Below, piece by piece: positions 11,103 through 22,700 of a stretch of DNA of 50,536 nucleotides (position 1 is the stretch's first letter; each line of letters opens with the position of its first letter). The position numbers and the translations under genes are program-made. The notes beneath the pieces were generated by a model. The model saw nothing but the letters and a program-made list of their open reading frames with translations, had not been told where the DNA came from and did not search any database. Where the stretch lies: NCBI GenBank assembly GCA_000934665.2, contig JYFJ02002805.1, positions 1 through 50,536 on the forward strand, read 5' to 3'. Source of the stretch: Catajapyx aquilonaris. Its lineage: Eukaryota.

Positions 11103-13810
11103 ATGGCGTCGAAAGAAATGCACGTGTTGCACTACAGCGGCTGCAATTTTTTCCGGCAGCGAATAGTGCTAGCCACGCTTTCTGGAAAGTCTGTCCGGAT
11201 AAGCAGCATACGGTCTAAGGAAAACGATCCAGGCTTGAAAGGTGAGGTAGTAATTATATTATGCCAATTCATGTTGCAAGCTTTGTTGACATATGACAAG
11301 TAAATAAAAAGGCATCGTGGGAGAGAATGAAGTCGCCCCCGATTTTGTCAGTACCGCCACGATATACAACTACATATGAGACGCTTAGAACGAAAGTGGC
11401 CCAAGTCCAAAAAAATAAAGCTACGAAAATTGACCTGAAATCGGGATGATCCATGGCGTAGGCAAAGCGTAAATTAATGTCCATCAACACTCATTGCCTA
11501 GGTACAGTAACTATGGTTTTCCACTTTTGCCATTCAAAAATAAATTAGACGACATGTAGCGGTCAGAAAAACACACACTGGTCATAGGGTCCAGGCGGGC
11601 CCAGGTGGGCTTTGCCTGCGCGGAGACTCATCACCAATGTGCATGTGGTAATACTTTCCTCCCTAGGTGCGGCCACGGTGCGGCAGTAGTGTGCAGAGGG
11701 ACAGCCTATGCGCCTACTGGTAGGGGCAACTACATCCTAGTGGAGCTGGGTGGGCCAAGCAGTGTTGCCAAAATTTGGCAACGGGTTGAACTAGTAAATA
11801 AGATTATGCCAACTATTGACCAAATGTCTAACTTAGGACTTAATGCTAATTTTGCACCAACTCAGAGTAGCATTCCGAGCATGATGAGGGTTGCATCTCG
11901 AAAGTGGCAAAAATGGACTTGGGCCATTTTTGTTCTAAGCCATTTATATCATAAGTGGAAAATATTTTTACAACATGTATACAGTACTGCCCATATAGGC
12001 TCTTGCCCCTTTTTGCACATGTTTTCACCTCCAAGAAATTACCCCTGCTTGAACTGACCCCCCTTCGTTCATAGGAAAGGGGTAGGCTATCACATTGGAA
12101 GGTAAATCCTGGACCATGTCATAAACTAGTTGAATAACCCTGATGTAGAGTTACTAGAGTATTTTGTTGCTGAATTCCTGGTGCTAAAAGGTCTTTAATT
12201 CACTTCAGAGTTTGAGGCCAGCTTCATCCGCCTAATTGATAAAATTACCAATGGAAGCAAGATCGAAGTGAATGAATCAGGCACAGAGGTCACCTACCAA
12301 CCGGGCCTGTTATATGGAGGTACTGTTGAACATGCGTGCAGCACCTCTAGAGGGCTGGGATATTACCTAGAACCCCTCTTGTATCTGGCACCTTTCTGCA
12401 AGAATCCACTTCATGTTGTGTTGCGAGGAGTGACCAACGAGCAGGAAGATCCCTCAGTGGACTCCATTAAGAATGGAGCCCTTCCTGTGATGCAGCGATT
12501 CTTGATAGATGATGAAGGGTTGGAACTGAAGGTGGTCAAGAGGGGTGCAGCACCATTAGGAGGGGGAGAGATTCTGTTCAAGTGTCCTATTGCTAGACGG
12601 TTACGACCAGTTCAGGTGAGGTCAAAGATATCATTGCATACCTTTTTTTTTTTAGTTCTCACATTCAGTGCAAACTCAGTTCTCAAGCGAAGTTTATGTA
12701 TATAAACAAGTTGTTCCATGTATCAGGGTATTTCAGCCAAAAAAGGTATTCCACATAAAGCCACATAATTTTGGTTGTGCCTTGATCCAGATGCCCAATT
12801 ATTCCCAGGTGGCTGAATGTTGCTATATAATAGTGCACCTTGATTGGGGCACAACAAGCTAAAAAAATAACAGCTTTGAGTGAAATTTCCCATAACTAAA
12901 GCAACCTGCATACTTGGAACACCCTGTAGCCTATATGGGTACTGAACTGTCCTTAACTTTGGTTTATGTGCGCACATCTGTCACTCTCTGTAAAATGGCT
13001 TGTTGGCACTTTGCAGCTAATTGATCCTGGAAAGATCAAGCGTGTGAGAGGTGTTGCCTATGCCCTGCGAGTATCTCCATCCCTGGCCAATCGGATGGTG
13101 GAGGCAGCCAAGTCCCTTCTTCTTCGCTACCTTCCTGATGTCTATATCCACACTGATCATAGACGTGGAGGCAATGCTGCCACCTGTGGGCCCTCAGCTG
13201 GGTTTGGACTCTCCTTAGTGGCTGAGACTACCACAGGCACTTTCCTTACAGCCGAGAGTAGTGCCAACCCAACTGGAAGTGACATGCCCCCAAGTGTGGC
13301 TGAAGATGTAGGAAAAGCAGCAGCAGCAGGCCTTCTGGAGGAAGTGTATCGTGGAGGGTGTGTGGAATCCTCATCACAGAGTATGGCACTGCTCTTCATG
13401 GCACTTGGACAGAAGGATGTATCAAAGATGCTTCTGGGACCACTGTCACCTTATACGTATGTAAATACCTTCTACTTGCCCTGGGACTTGTCACCTGAGA
13501 ACGTGACATTTTCTAAACCATCCATATCTCACCATTCTTTTTATTAATTGGGGTTATTCATTAAGTCCTGAACAATTCGAATGATGCCAGCAAAATATAT
13601 ATTCAACACTTTGTCATTGATCTATACAAATTTCTGGTTAATTCCAGGATACAATTCATGAGGCACATGCGAGACTATTTCCAGCTGATGTACAAGTTAG
13701 AGAGGAAGACTGGTGATAATGAGGAGGAGGAACTCCGAACCGGTGCAGACAAGGTCTTGGTCACATGTGTTGGGGTTGGTTTCACAAATCTCAACAAAAC
13801 TGTTACTTAA
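11103..13810 (+). CDS. RCL1: RNA 3'-terminal phosphate cyclase-like protein; exons 11103-11241, 12209-12615, 13017-13456, 13648-13810
   Basis: GCNFFRQRIVLATLSGKSVRI, EFEASFIRLIDKITNGS, YYLEPLLYLAPFCK, KRGAAPLGGGE, LLEEVYRGGCV and C-terminal CVGVGFTNLNK. Confidence 0.96.
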
Positions 13811-13931
13811 GTTGGCACCTGTTCTAATGTTAAAAGCATGATTGATCCCTACATTTTCACAAAAATAAAGCCCTTTGTACTTGTAAATAAATGGCCATTT
13901 GAATCACATCGTAAAGTAGAAAGCAACATTT

Positions 13932-16287
13932 TCATTTCAAGTCCAGCAGCATTGCAGCAGGGTTCTCCAGGTAGTCCTTCCAGCAGTTTGAAAACCGGGC
14001 CATCGTGGCACCATCGATTACCCTATGATCAGCAGACCAACTGACGGTCATTAGGTGGGCAGCAATCACCTTTCTGTCACAGTCAAATCGTGGAAGTACC
14101 TGAATTGAGAACAGTGAATGTGAGCAAGAGATGCATAATAACTGGTTTCACACTATGTTCAGTAGCTCATTGCATCTGTAGCTTGACTTGACCAAAGTAC
14201 TATTGTACTGGTTTTCTGGACTGAAGTTAGTAGGGTTCTATATAACTCGCCTGAATCTTCCCTATGGCACCAATGGCAACTTCGGGTGGCATGATTACCG
14301 GCTTACAGTAAGTCCCTCCAATCTGAAAAAAAAAAGTCAAAATAACTAAGCATTACAATATTTAAGCCGATTTAAGCCGAAGCATAAAATACCTTTGGTT
14401 ATAGGATGTTCAAGTTAAAGGAGTTTGATAATGGTTTCGGTGCAAAAGGGTACAAGGACAGCTCAGCAACAGCGACACACGTGAGCAGTATAATATAGAC
14501 TGCAAACTGATCAGGAATCAGGAAAAGTACAAACTGGTTAACACTGAATCATACCATTCCAATATTGCTGAGTGTGAAGGTACCCCCCGTGATGTCCTCC
14601 TTTCCCAGCTGGCCCTTGCTCCCTGCAACCTGCAGACGATTGAGCTCTGCAGCCACCTCAACCACACTTCTGGCCTGTACTGACTTGACATTTGGCACCA
14701 CCAGACCTTGGGGTGTGTCCATGGCCACACCTATGTTGTGAGCAGCTTTATACGTGATATTCTCACATTCGGCATCAACCACAGAGTTTAAAATAGGAAA
14801 CTGCATTAGTGCCATTGATGCTGCTTTAATCATAAATGGCATGAAAGTCAGCTTAACACCTCGCTGCTCAGCAATTGATTTCAGGTCAGCTCGCAAGTTG
14901 TGAAGGTGAGTCATGTCAATCTCATCACCATAAGTGAAGTGTGGTATAGCTCTTGCCAAAGTCATGCTTTTTGCCATTGCACGTTTGAACCCCTTTATCT
15001 GCTCCTTCCGATCCTGCGTAACCACAGGTGGTATTGGCGGTGACTGTGATGGCAGTGGTATTTCTGACTTCGCTGTCTTCTGCGGGATGCCTGAAGATTT
15101 GGATTCTAAGTAGCGTATGACATCTTCTTTCAGGATGCGGCCATGTTTTCCAGAAGGTGCTACATCGCTCAGCTGAACTTTATTTTCAGCAGCAATTCGC
15201 CTAACTGCAGGAGTGGCTAGGGCCTTACTCTTGTCTGGAAGGCGAACAGAAATGTCCTCCTTCCCTACTTGGATGGCATCACGGTCGAGCAGGTCTTCAA
15301 CCTCAACTATGCAAAATAAAATAAAAACATGCTTAAGTCTCACTAGTGTGGGGGGAGTCCGCAAGACTCCCACTAGCTCCCTCATGTCCCAAGCTTACCC
15401 CATAAGTTCACAAAAATACTTTTTCACGTGTAGCTTCCAAAAAGCCAGCACATAAGATCAAACGTTGATTAGTTAAGAATAGTGAAAACTGATATAGACC
15501 AGTTCAGTTTCAGTATGTGTCAGCTGATTACAGTTTAATTTAAACATCAACCTTTATATCCAATACCTGTTGCAGTACCATCTTGAAGTGATTCAATATC
15601 AACGAGGGGCAGCCCAACACGAGCAATATCATCAACCTCATAGTGAACTTTGCGAATAATTCCATCATATCTGCTGGTTATGGTTACAGATGCCTTATCA
15701 CTCTGCACCTCACAAATGCTGTCAAACTGTGCCACCTTGTCTCCAACTGACACAAACCTGTGAACATAACACATTTTACCTCCAATTCATTACATCATGA
15801 TATGCATGCCTGCTCATACCATTCTTTTATGGTAACTTCCATAATTCCTTCCCCAATGTCCGACAGTTTGAAAGGTACTATTTCTCCTGATGCAACTGGT
15901 GTGGTGTGGATGGATAGTCGAGGCAGCCTCAACAGCTTGAATGGCTTTGTCACGCATGCTTGTGTAGTGTGAATATAACTGTACCTTTGAATCGTTGACG
16001 GCAACGCACATAGCCTCACCCTCAACACCGAACGTACCTGAAGAAAAATCATAGTGAAGGTCACATTGCCAATTACTTGCTATTACTAGAAAAAACGTGC
16101 TCTTAAAATCCTTGAAGCATGATTATTAAATTTCCGCTTGTTGAGCCGCGTAATTGAATCAGCCAAATTACATATCCGACTCATAACACCACCTGGTAAG
16201 AACAAGCGACAAGAAAAGGGAGAAGCAGCATGAAATGAAACTGATTACCTGCCCCGTAGGCAACCTCCCTGCAATAGACGACGCCAT
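13932..16287 (-). CDS. DBT: Branched-chain alpha-keto acid dehydrogenase E2 (dihydrolipoamide branched chain transacylase); exons 16287-16249, 16037-15820, 15757-15567, 15306-14555, 14322-14251, 14099-13932
   Basis: Mitochondrial presequence, lipoyl domain [10 protein letters not shown]...[19 protein letters not shown]3-binding [15 protein letters not shown] and catalytic [10 protein letters not shown]. Intron 14250-14100 is GC-AG. Confidence 0.96.
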
Positions 16288-16796
16288 GTTGCAAGGAGTG
16301 TTCGCATCGCTGCCAAGAACTGCACTTGAAACGTATGCACACTTGAAATCCCTTCCACAACCATTTACATAAAATTTAAATCTAACTTTACTTCTACACA
16401 TTTTATTGTGACGGACTCTGTAATTGTTATGTACATTATGTAGGTTTTACACAGCAACAGTGCACCATGCGCGCGCACCGAGTGCGGTTGGCCTGTCATG
16501 TTCGACCGTGTAACATCTTACGTCGCTTGCCCTCATTCCCGCGGAGGCCAGAGTTGCCTTCGAAGGATACAGCAGACGAGCGGTGTTTTCGCTTCCTGTT
16601 CAAGGGATTTTCCGTATCCGCTAGGCGTCCTATTTAGCGTTCAATATCAAGGACGTAGGGCAGCTTGGCTTCTCTTCGGGGTCAACTTGGTGACCCTCAT
16701 AGAGGATACTTTTTGCATTTTTCGTACTGAAATACTGGTGGTTGAGTGGCTCAAGCAGGGTAGTTTAGAAGGAGTGTAGCAGTTCGTACAAAGAGG
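16288..16796. promoter_or_regulatory. Putative bidirectional promoter DBT/HSD17B12
   Basis: Divergent ATGs separated by 509 bp, CpG-rich, with a TGCGCGCGCA palindrome (NRF1/ewg-like) near 16468. Confidence 0.55.
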
Positions 16797-19700
16797 ATGG
16801 AGGAGTGCGCAGGGTACCAGACTGATGGGGGCTTTAACCGCTTGGAACTCCTTGGAGTTGTGTTCGTGGTGGTCATTGGAGTGACTGCGGTCAGCCTCAC
16901 TGCCTGCCTCCTGCACACTGCATATCTTATATGGATTGGGCCACTTCTGGGACACAATACCAATGTCAAGAAGATGGGCAAGTGGGCTGGTGAGTTTGGG
17001 GTGATGCTGATGTTGTGTGCAGGGGAATGATTGCGGGTCGTTGGATTGCATTGGACATTATACAAGTGTTTGTGTGGGCATTTTTTGAAAGATTATATGA
17101 AGGTGTTGATATTTTAGTTAGTCTGGCAAATGTTCCAATATCCATATTTCTGTTGTTCAGATTATCCAACCAAGTTTGCCCCAAAGATTAACATTTTAAA
17201 TATCTTTTCTTGAAGATCAAAAGATTTATGTTGTAACTGCAAGGTGTAACCACTACAATTAGCACAGCACATGCTGAGGTCAACTATATCATGCTGGAAT
17301 TTTGAAGTACATTAAGATATTTAAAATTGCAGCTTCTTCCTGAAATAAGGAAAGTCTGTATTGTACCAAGGACAAGTCCATATCGCATGACTATCACAGT
17401 TTAAAAATGGCAGTCATGTCATGACATGTTACGCCAGATGTAAAGATCAGATGTCACGTTTTATATCTACTATACGGCAGTTAAATAACAGTCCTTTGAT
17501 CCAGCCCATTTTCATCACTACATTTGCTATTGTACATTCTCTTGGGTACAATGGCCCTTATACTGGTACAAGGTACTGGTCAGAGACCCTCCTGATGCTG
17601 ACGAAAGGGAACTCCCAGGTGGGGGATCGAACCTGGAACCTTCTGCTCAGCAAGCCAAGTTGTTACCAACTCGACCATCGCGTCTTTCGTAGGTGTGGAC
17701 AATATACCCACAGTGGTGTAAATATTACCCAGATATGGGAGGCATGGTGGCTGAGTTGGTAACGACTCGGCTTCCTGAGTGAAAGGTCCCAGGTTTGATC
17801 CCCACCCAGGAGTTCCCTTTTGCCTGCGTCAAGAGGGTCTCTGGGCATCGGAGGCATCTGGCAACCTACCCTCTAGGGAGACTGCACATGACCCATTTTC
17901 CAACATTGCACTTGCACTGCACCCGTGTCTCCTCCACGTAAAATCCCATCCCTACCTCTTGCCCTTTCTTCCCTGCACGGAGTTTGAAGAAAATGTACAA
18001 ATAATTGAATGGAAAATATGGTGGTGTTCCACCCCCAGAAGAGGGCCCCTGGCCCTAGCACAGGATAATAATGTAAATAATAATAATTTACCCAGATATT
18101 ATTATTAGCTTTTGTTATTTTAAAAGTATTATTTTTAATTCATTATTCACTATTCATTATTTATGGGAGTGGTTAAATTCATTACATGCGTATGCACTGG
18201 TAGGATTTATGGATCGTATATTTTGAACAGTGGCAGTCCACTAGACATAAAGAAAAGTTTAATGTGGCTAGATGCTTACTTCACAATATAACCTAATAGC
18301 TTCCAAGTGATCCAAAAGCAGACAGTCACCAGATATGCCCTCTATTTGACACTCTAATTTTCATACACTCCATCACCTGATAAGTCATGGTAATGCCTCG
18401 CAAGGTCATCAGAGTTGCAGGCTGTGACAGTGCAGGAAAGGATAAAATTGGATTGTTTTATAATTGGGTATACCTTATGTTGCAAGCAACTGTATCTCAG
18501 AAAAAAGGTCAGCATAGTAGCAGGGTGTGGTAGTCGAGGAAAGAATAAAATTGAATTGTTTCACAATATATTGGGTAAAGCATGTTGCAAGGAACTGTTA
18601 CTCAAAACCTGATACCTTTTCATCCATCATGCAGTTTTTGTCTGGAGATTACAAGAGAAGTTGATATCCAAGTTTTCCCCAGAGTAGTGCTCAAGTAATA
18701 GTGAGAAGCTAAAAAAAAACTTTTTTGTCCATTAAAAAATTTTGTTGCGTAAATTTGCATGTAGTTTTTGTTGTCCTTTCACCATCTATTGTGTATTGTT
18801 CCAGTGGAAGGATTTTAATTAGGGACAGACGTGAAGAATACACATTTTCTCCCACCTTCGTTTCATACCTTGAGAATAATTTGAGGAGTTGGCAAGTGAC
18901 CTAGATTTTTTTGGACGGAAGCATGTTTCTTTTGATGGTCTTGAAATGCTGGGAAGGAATGAAAGTAATTTGATGGAGTTTAGAATGCACTGTAGTGTAG
19001 GGTATTCACAAATAAACATTGCCATTGCAGTGGACAATTTGAATTGTCGTCCATAGGCAGTGAATAATAAATCGGGGTTGTCAGCAGGTTGGACTGATTC
19101 ATATCTATATGAGGTGATTTTCAGGCTGTCCCTAATGCCCTCACCTTTGGTTCATGAGTTTGCGTACCTTTCAGGGCCAAAGGAGAGATAATAGGCATTA
19201 GTCATTCATGGCATAGGTGAGACACTGTTTCTCTAGCTGGTCATTATCTAGATTTTGAGTGAGGATTAGGAATTGTAACAATTGTTAGGAAACCATAATT
19301 AACCGGAGTCTGCAGCTGGTCTCAAACCTGATGATATATCTGGCTGCATTAGGAGGGAAATTAAAATTTTAAAAATAAGTAAGTGTGAACAGATGAAATA
19401 TCATCCAAGGGATCCATATTTGGGATTCTGGAATTAATGTGTGTGAGTCAGCCCATTTTGTCATTGGAGTTATTAACATAGAATTCAGCAATTTTATAAT
19501 ATTATTCATTACCTGGAGAAACCAATAGGAAAATAACTTTTATGATCCGATCCTTTCCAGTACACCGAATCCTACATAACTTAATACATCTTGGGACACT
19601 AATACATAGGGAGAACCGTCTATGTATCTCTTGACAGAAACTGATGCATTGAAATGTCATTTGTTTTTGACGTGAATGATTTTCTTTGTTTTACAGTTGT

Positions 19701-22700
19701 AACAGGTGCAACAGATGGCCTTGGCAAAGCCTTTGCAATTGAGGTAAGTTCCCCTACAAATTGGAAATTTTCTCTGCTGTGTGTATATATAAAAAAGTTA
19801 TGTAGGTTTCCTCACTGACACAAAAAATGGCCTTGAAGGTCTTGCACTGTTGCTTGGAAAAAATATCTTCACATTATTATTGGGAAACAAATGTGCTTTC
19901 AAAATAGTGATTGATATCTCTCTGTGAGATGATTTGCTGAATAATTTTAGATGCAATAATGACACTTACTGGTACGCTATTTTAACTTGAAGCTTGCCAA
20001 GAGAGGCATGAGCATCATCCTGATCAGCAGGACACCCAGCAAACTACAGGCTGTGGCCGAAGAAATAGGCAAGTTGATTAACATTTTTTTGCATAATTCT
20101 TTTTATATTCTTAATTGAATGACAGTTTCTCTTTTTTGTCATTACTGATTTGAGTTACATTAAACATACTGTGGAGCCATGAGTCATAGTTAATAACCAT
20201 TTACTAAAGGTAATAGGAGCATATTTTCAGCATATTTCATATGCATGTTGTGTGTAACACTAGCTAAAGGATTTCCTAGATTGATAACTGTAATGAGGGA
20301 ATAACATTATGTAAATTCAAGTGTGACTCACATGGCATGGGTGTGAAGAAAATGAATATATTATTGTGTGATGGAGGTGAAGGTAAGAAATATCAGACCT
20401 TCTGCACAACATGCAAGCTCTTGTTTAGTGATGTAAAGTCCTTATCGGCCTTGAATCAAGGTTATGTTTATATCAAACTGGGCCCTGTCATTCAAGAACA
20501 CTATTCAAGACAAGTCGCAAGAGGGAAATATTACATCATGCAACTTGTATTAAATGATGTGGAGCTTGGGATTCAATATACGACATGGTAAAATAACAAT
20601 AAAATACAGTAGCTCATAATACTGATTTAACAGTAAAGTTTGTGAATGTCAAGAAATTACACGTACATAAACATTCACTGAACATTAAGAAGCCAATGGC
20701 AATGCACAGAAATGGCATACACTGAATATATATTGTTTACTTGAAAACCCGTTACAAGGCCAGGGGCCTTTATGGGGGACATGCTGACAGAGGTATCACT
20801 TTTGAATTTGACTCTTGTATGTGACATTGGGTTAGTGCACAATTATTATTATTATTATGTATGTGACATCTGCCAGTATCTCTCCTGCTTATTACAGAAG
20901 TAATTTTGTTAGACATTCTTCAATATCTTGATTGGACTTGACAATCTCAAGACTGTCACATATCTCTCTCTCTAGCAGTGTAGCTGGAGCGGATGTAGGT
21001 GAAGGAATAGCGTAATTTTTACCCATTATGGAAGAAATGCTTCAGTTGTGTGCTCACCAAGGAAAAGTTGGTTTGGAAAGGGACACCTGCTCAAGGTCTT
21101 GGAGCAGTAGCCTTTTGAAAATAAACAGCCTGTAAACAGAATTCCCTGGGAAATTAACAGCTTCAGGGAGACGAAAATATTTGCAAGATGACCTTATAAA
21201 CCCAAAATGGAAAGATTGCATTCATGAGCACACGTGCAGGGTTTCACAAGCTATGAAAAATGCAACTTATTAATGTGATTATGTTCATACCACAAAATCT
21301 TGTAATGAATCCCAAAAGTATGGTGACGAAAAAAGTATTGTAACAGTTCATATAGGATTTTTGTAATGTCACAATCGTAATAATTGCACTTTGTAATGTG
21401 ATAAGATAGTGAATGGCATGAGAACATAGGCACCTTGTTACCAGGAGATTGGTATTAAGCAATTATTTTGAGTAATGCATGAGAAATATATGGCTTTACT
21501 TTATGTCCACATCCTTTATACTATATAGGGTGTCCCAGAGTCTCCATACATAGGGAATACCAGTTCAAAATAGAAATGTCATAAAATTCCAAAGTCAGGC
21601 ACAAGTCAGTGGATTGCTGCCAGTCTTCAAGCACATGTTGCAATATGTCCGGTTTCACACAAGGTGGCTAACCTCACCATTGACGCCAAAGTTGGCCTTG
21701 TCAGAGAAGGGGATATCATCTCCAAAGTTGTCCTGGTCAAGGTGATCTTGCACCCATTGGCAAAATTCAACACATTGGTCAAGACTTGCAGCAATGCACT
21801 ATTGAACTGACATTCCCATATATGGAGATGTATGTACGCACTGGTGTGCCAGTGCGTAGTTAATGCCTACAGTGGCGTCCAAAACTAATTTCACATCCCT
21901 ATATTAGTTTTGCAAGTACTACTGCGAGTATCAGTCTACCTGGCAATTGTCCAGAAGTTTCTCTTCACCCTGTACAAGTAACATACTATCACATGTACTA
22001 TATCGTTCAAGAAATAGAGACGATTTTGCATTTGATGCAAGTACAGCGTGCACTTGAATCAAATGCAAAATAATCTCTTATGTTTTTGAGCGATATAGTA
22101 CATGTTCACATGATTTCAATCTAATGTAATCAGTTCATTCACAAAATTTATGCTATGGCTTCATATCTGATGTGATGATGTGAGTAAAGATTTGTAGGCT
22201 TAGTAATGCTAATATAAAAGGCTCGACTGTGTGTGACCTAATCTGCAACCTTATTTGATTGTTTTTGTCATTACCCGTAGCAAAAATAAGCTCTTGATAC
22301 AGAAAAGCTATAAATGGAGGAACCTATCTTAAATATATTTATTCCAGGACCCTAGCAATTTATTAGGAGGGTCCAGGAAAACAATACATTCAGGAACAAT
22401 ACGAACAAGGTTTCACTGTATTATGATCTGAAATCTCAACTACAGTATTATTTCTATGTAGGAACAGGTACAGTCAAATATCTGTCATGGGAATATTTTA
22501 CAAATGATTTGGTGTATGTTCCTACAGATAAGAATCATGGTGTGGAGACCAAGACCATAGCAGTTGACTTCACTCAAGGTGCTGATATTTACCAGAACAT
22601 AGAGAAGGAGCTGAGTGGATATGAGATTGGAATCCTTATTAACAATGTTGGTGTGTCATATGAATACCCCGAGCTGTTCCTGGAGATTCCAAATCGACAT

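Noticed and set aside
11605..12057. 150-aa ORF in RCL1 intron 1
   Set aside because: GTG start, no recognisable motifs, and not needed for the RCL1 frame.
11881..12057. C/D box snoRNA (ATGATGA ... CTGA) in RCL1 intron 1
   Set aside because: The boxes are ~170 nt apart, with no terminal stem and no rRNA-complementary guide I could identify.
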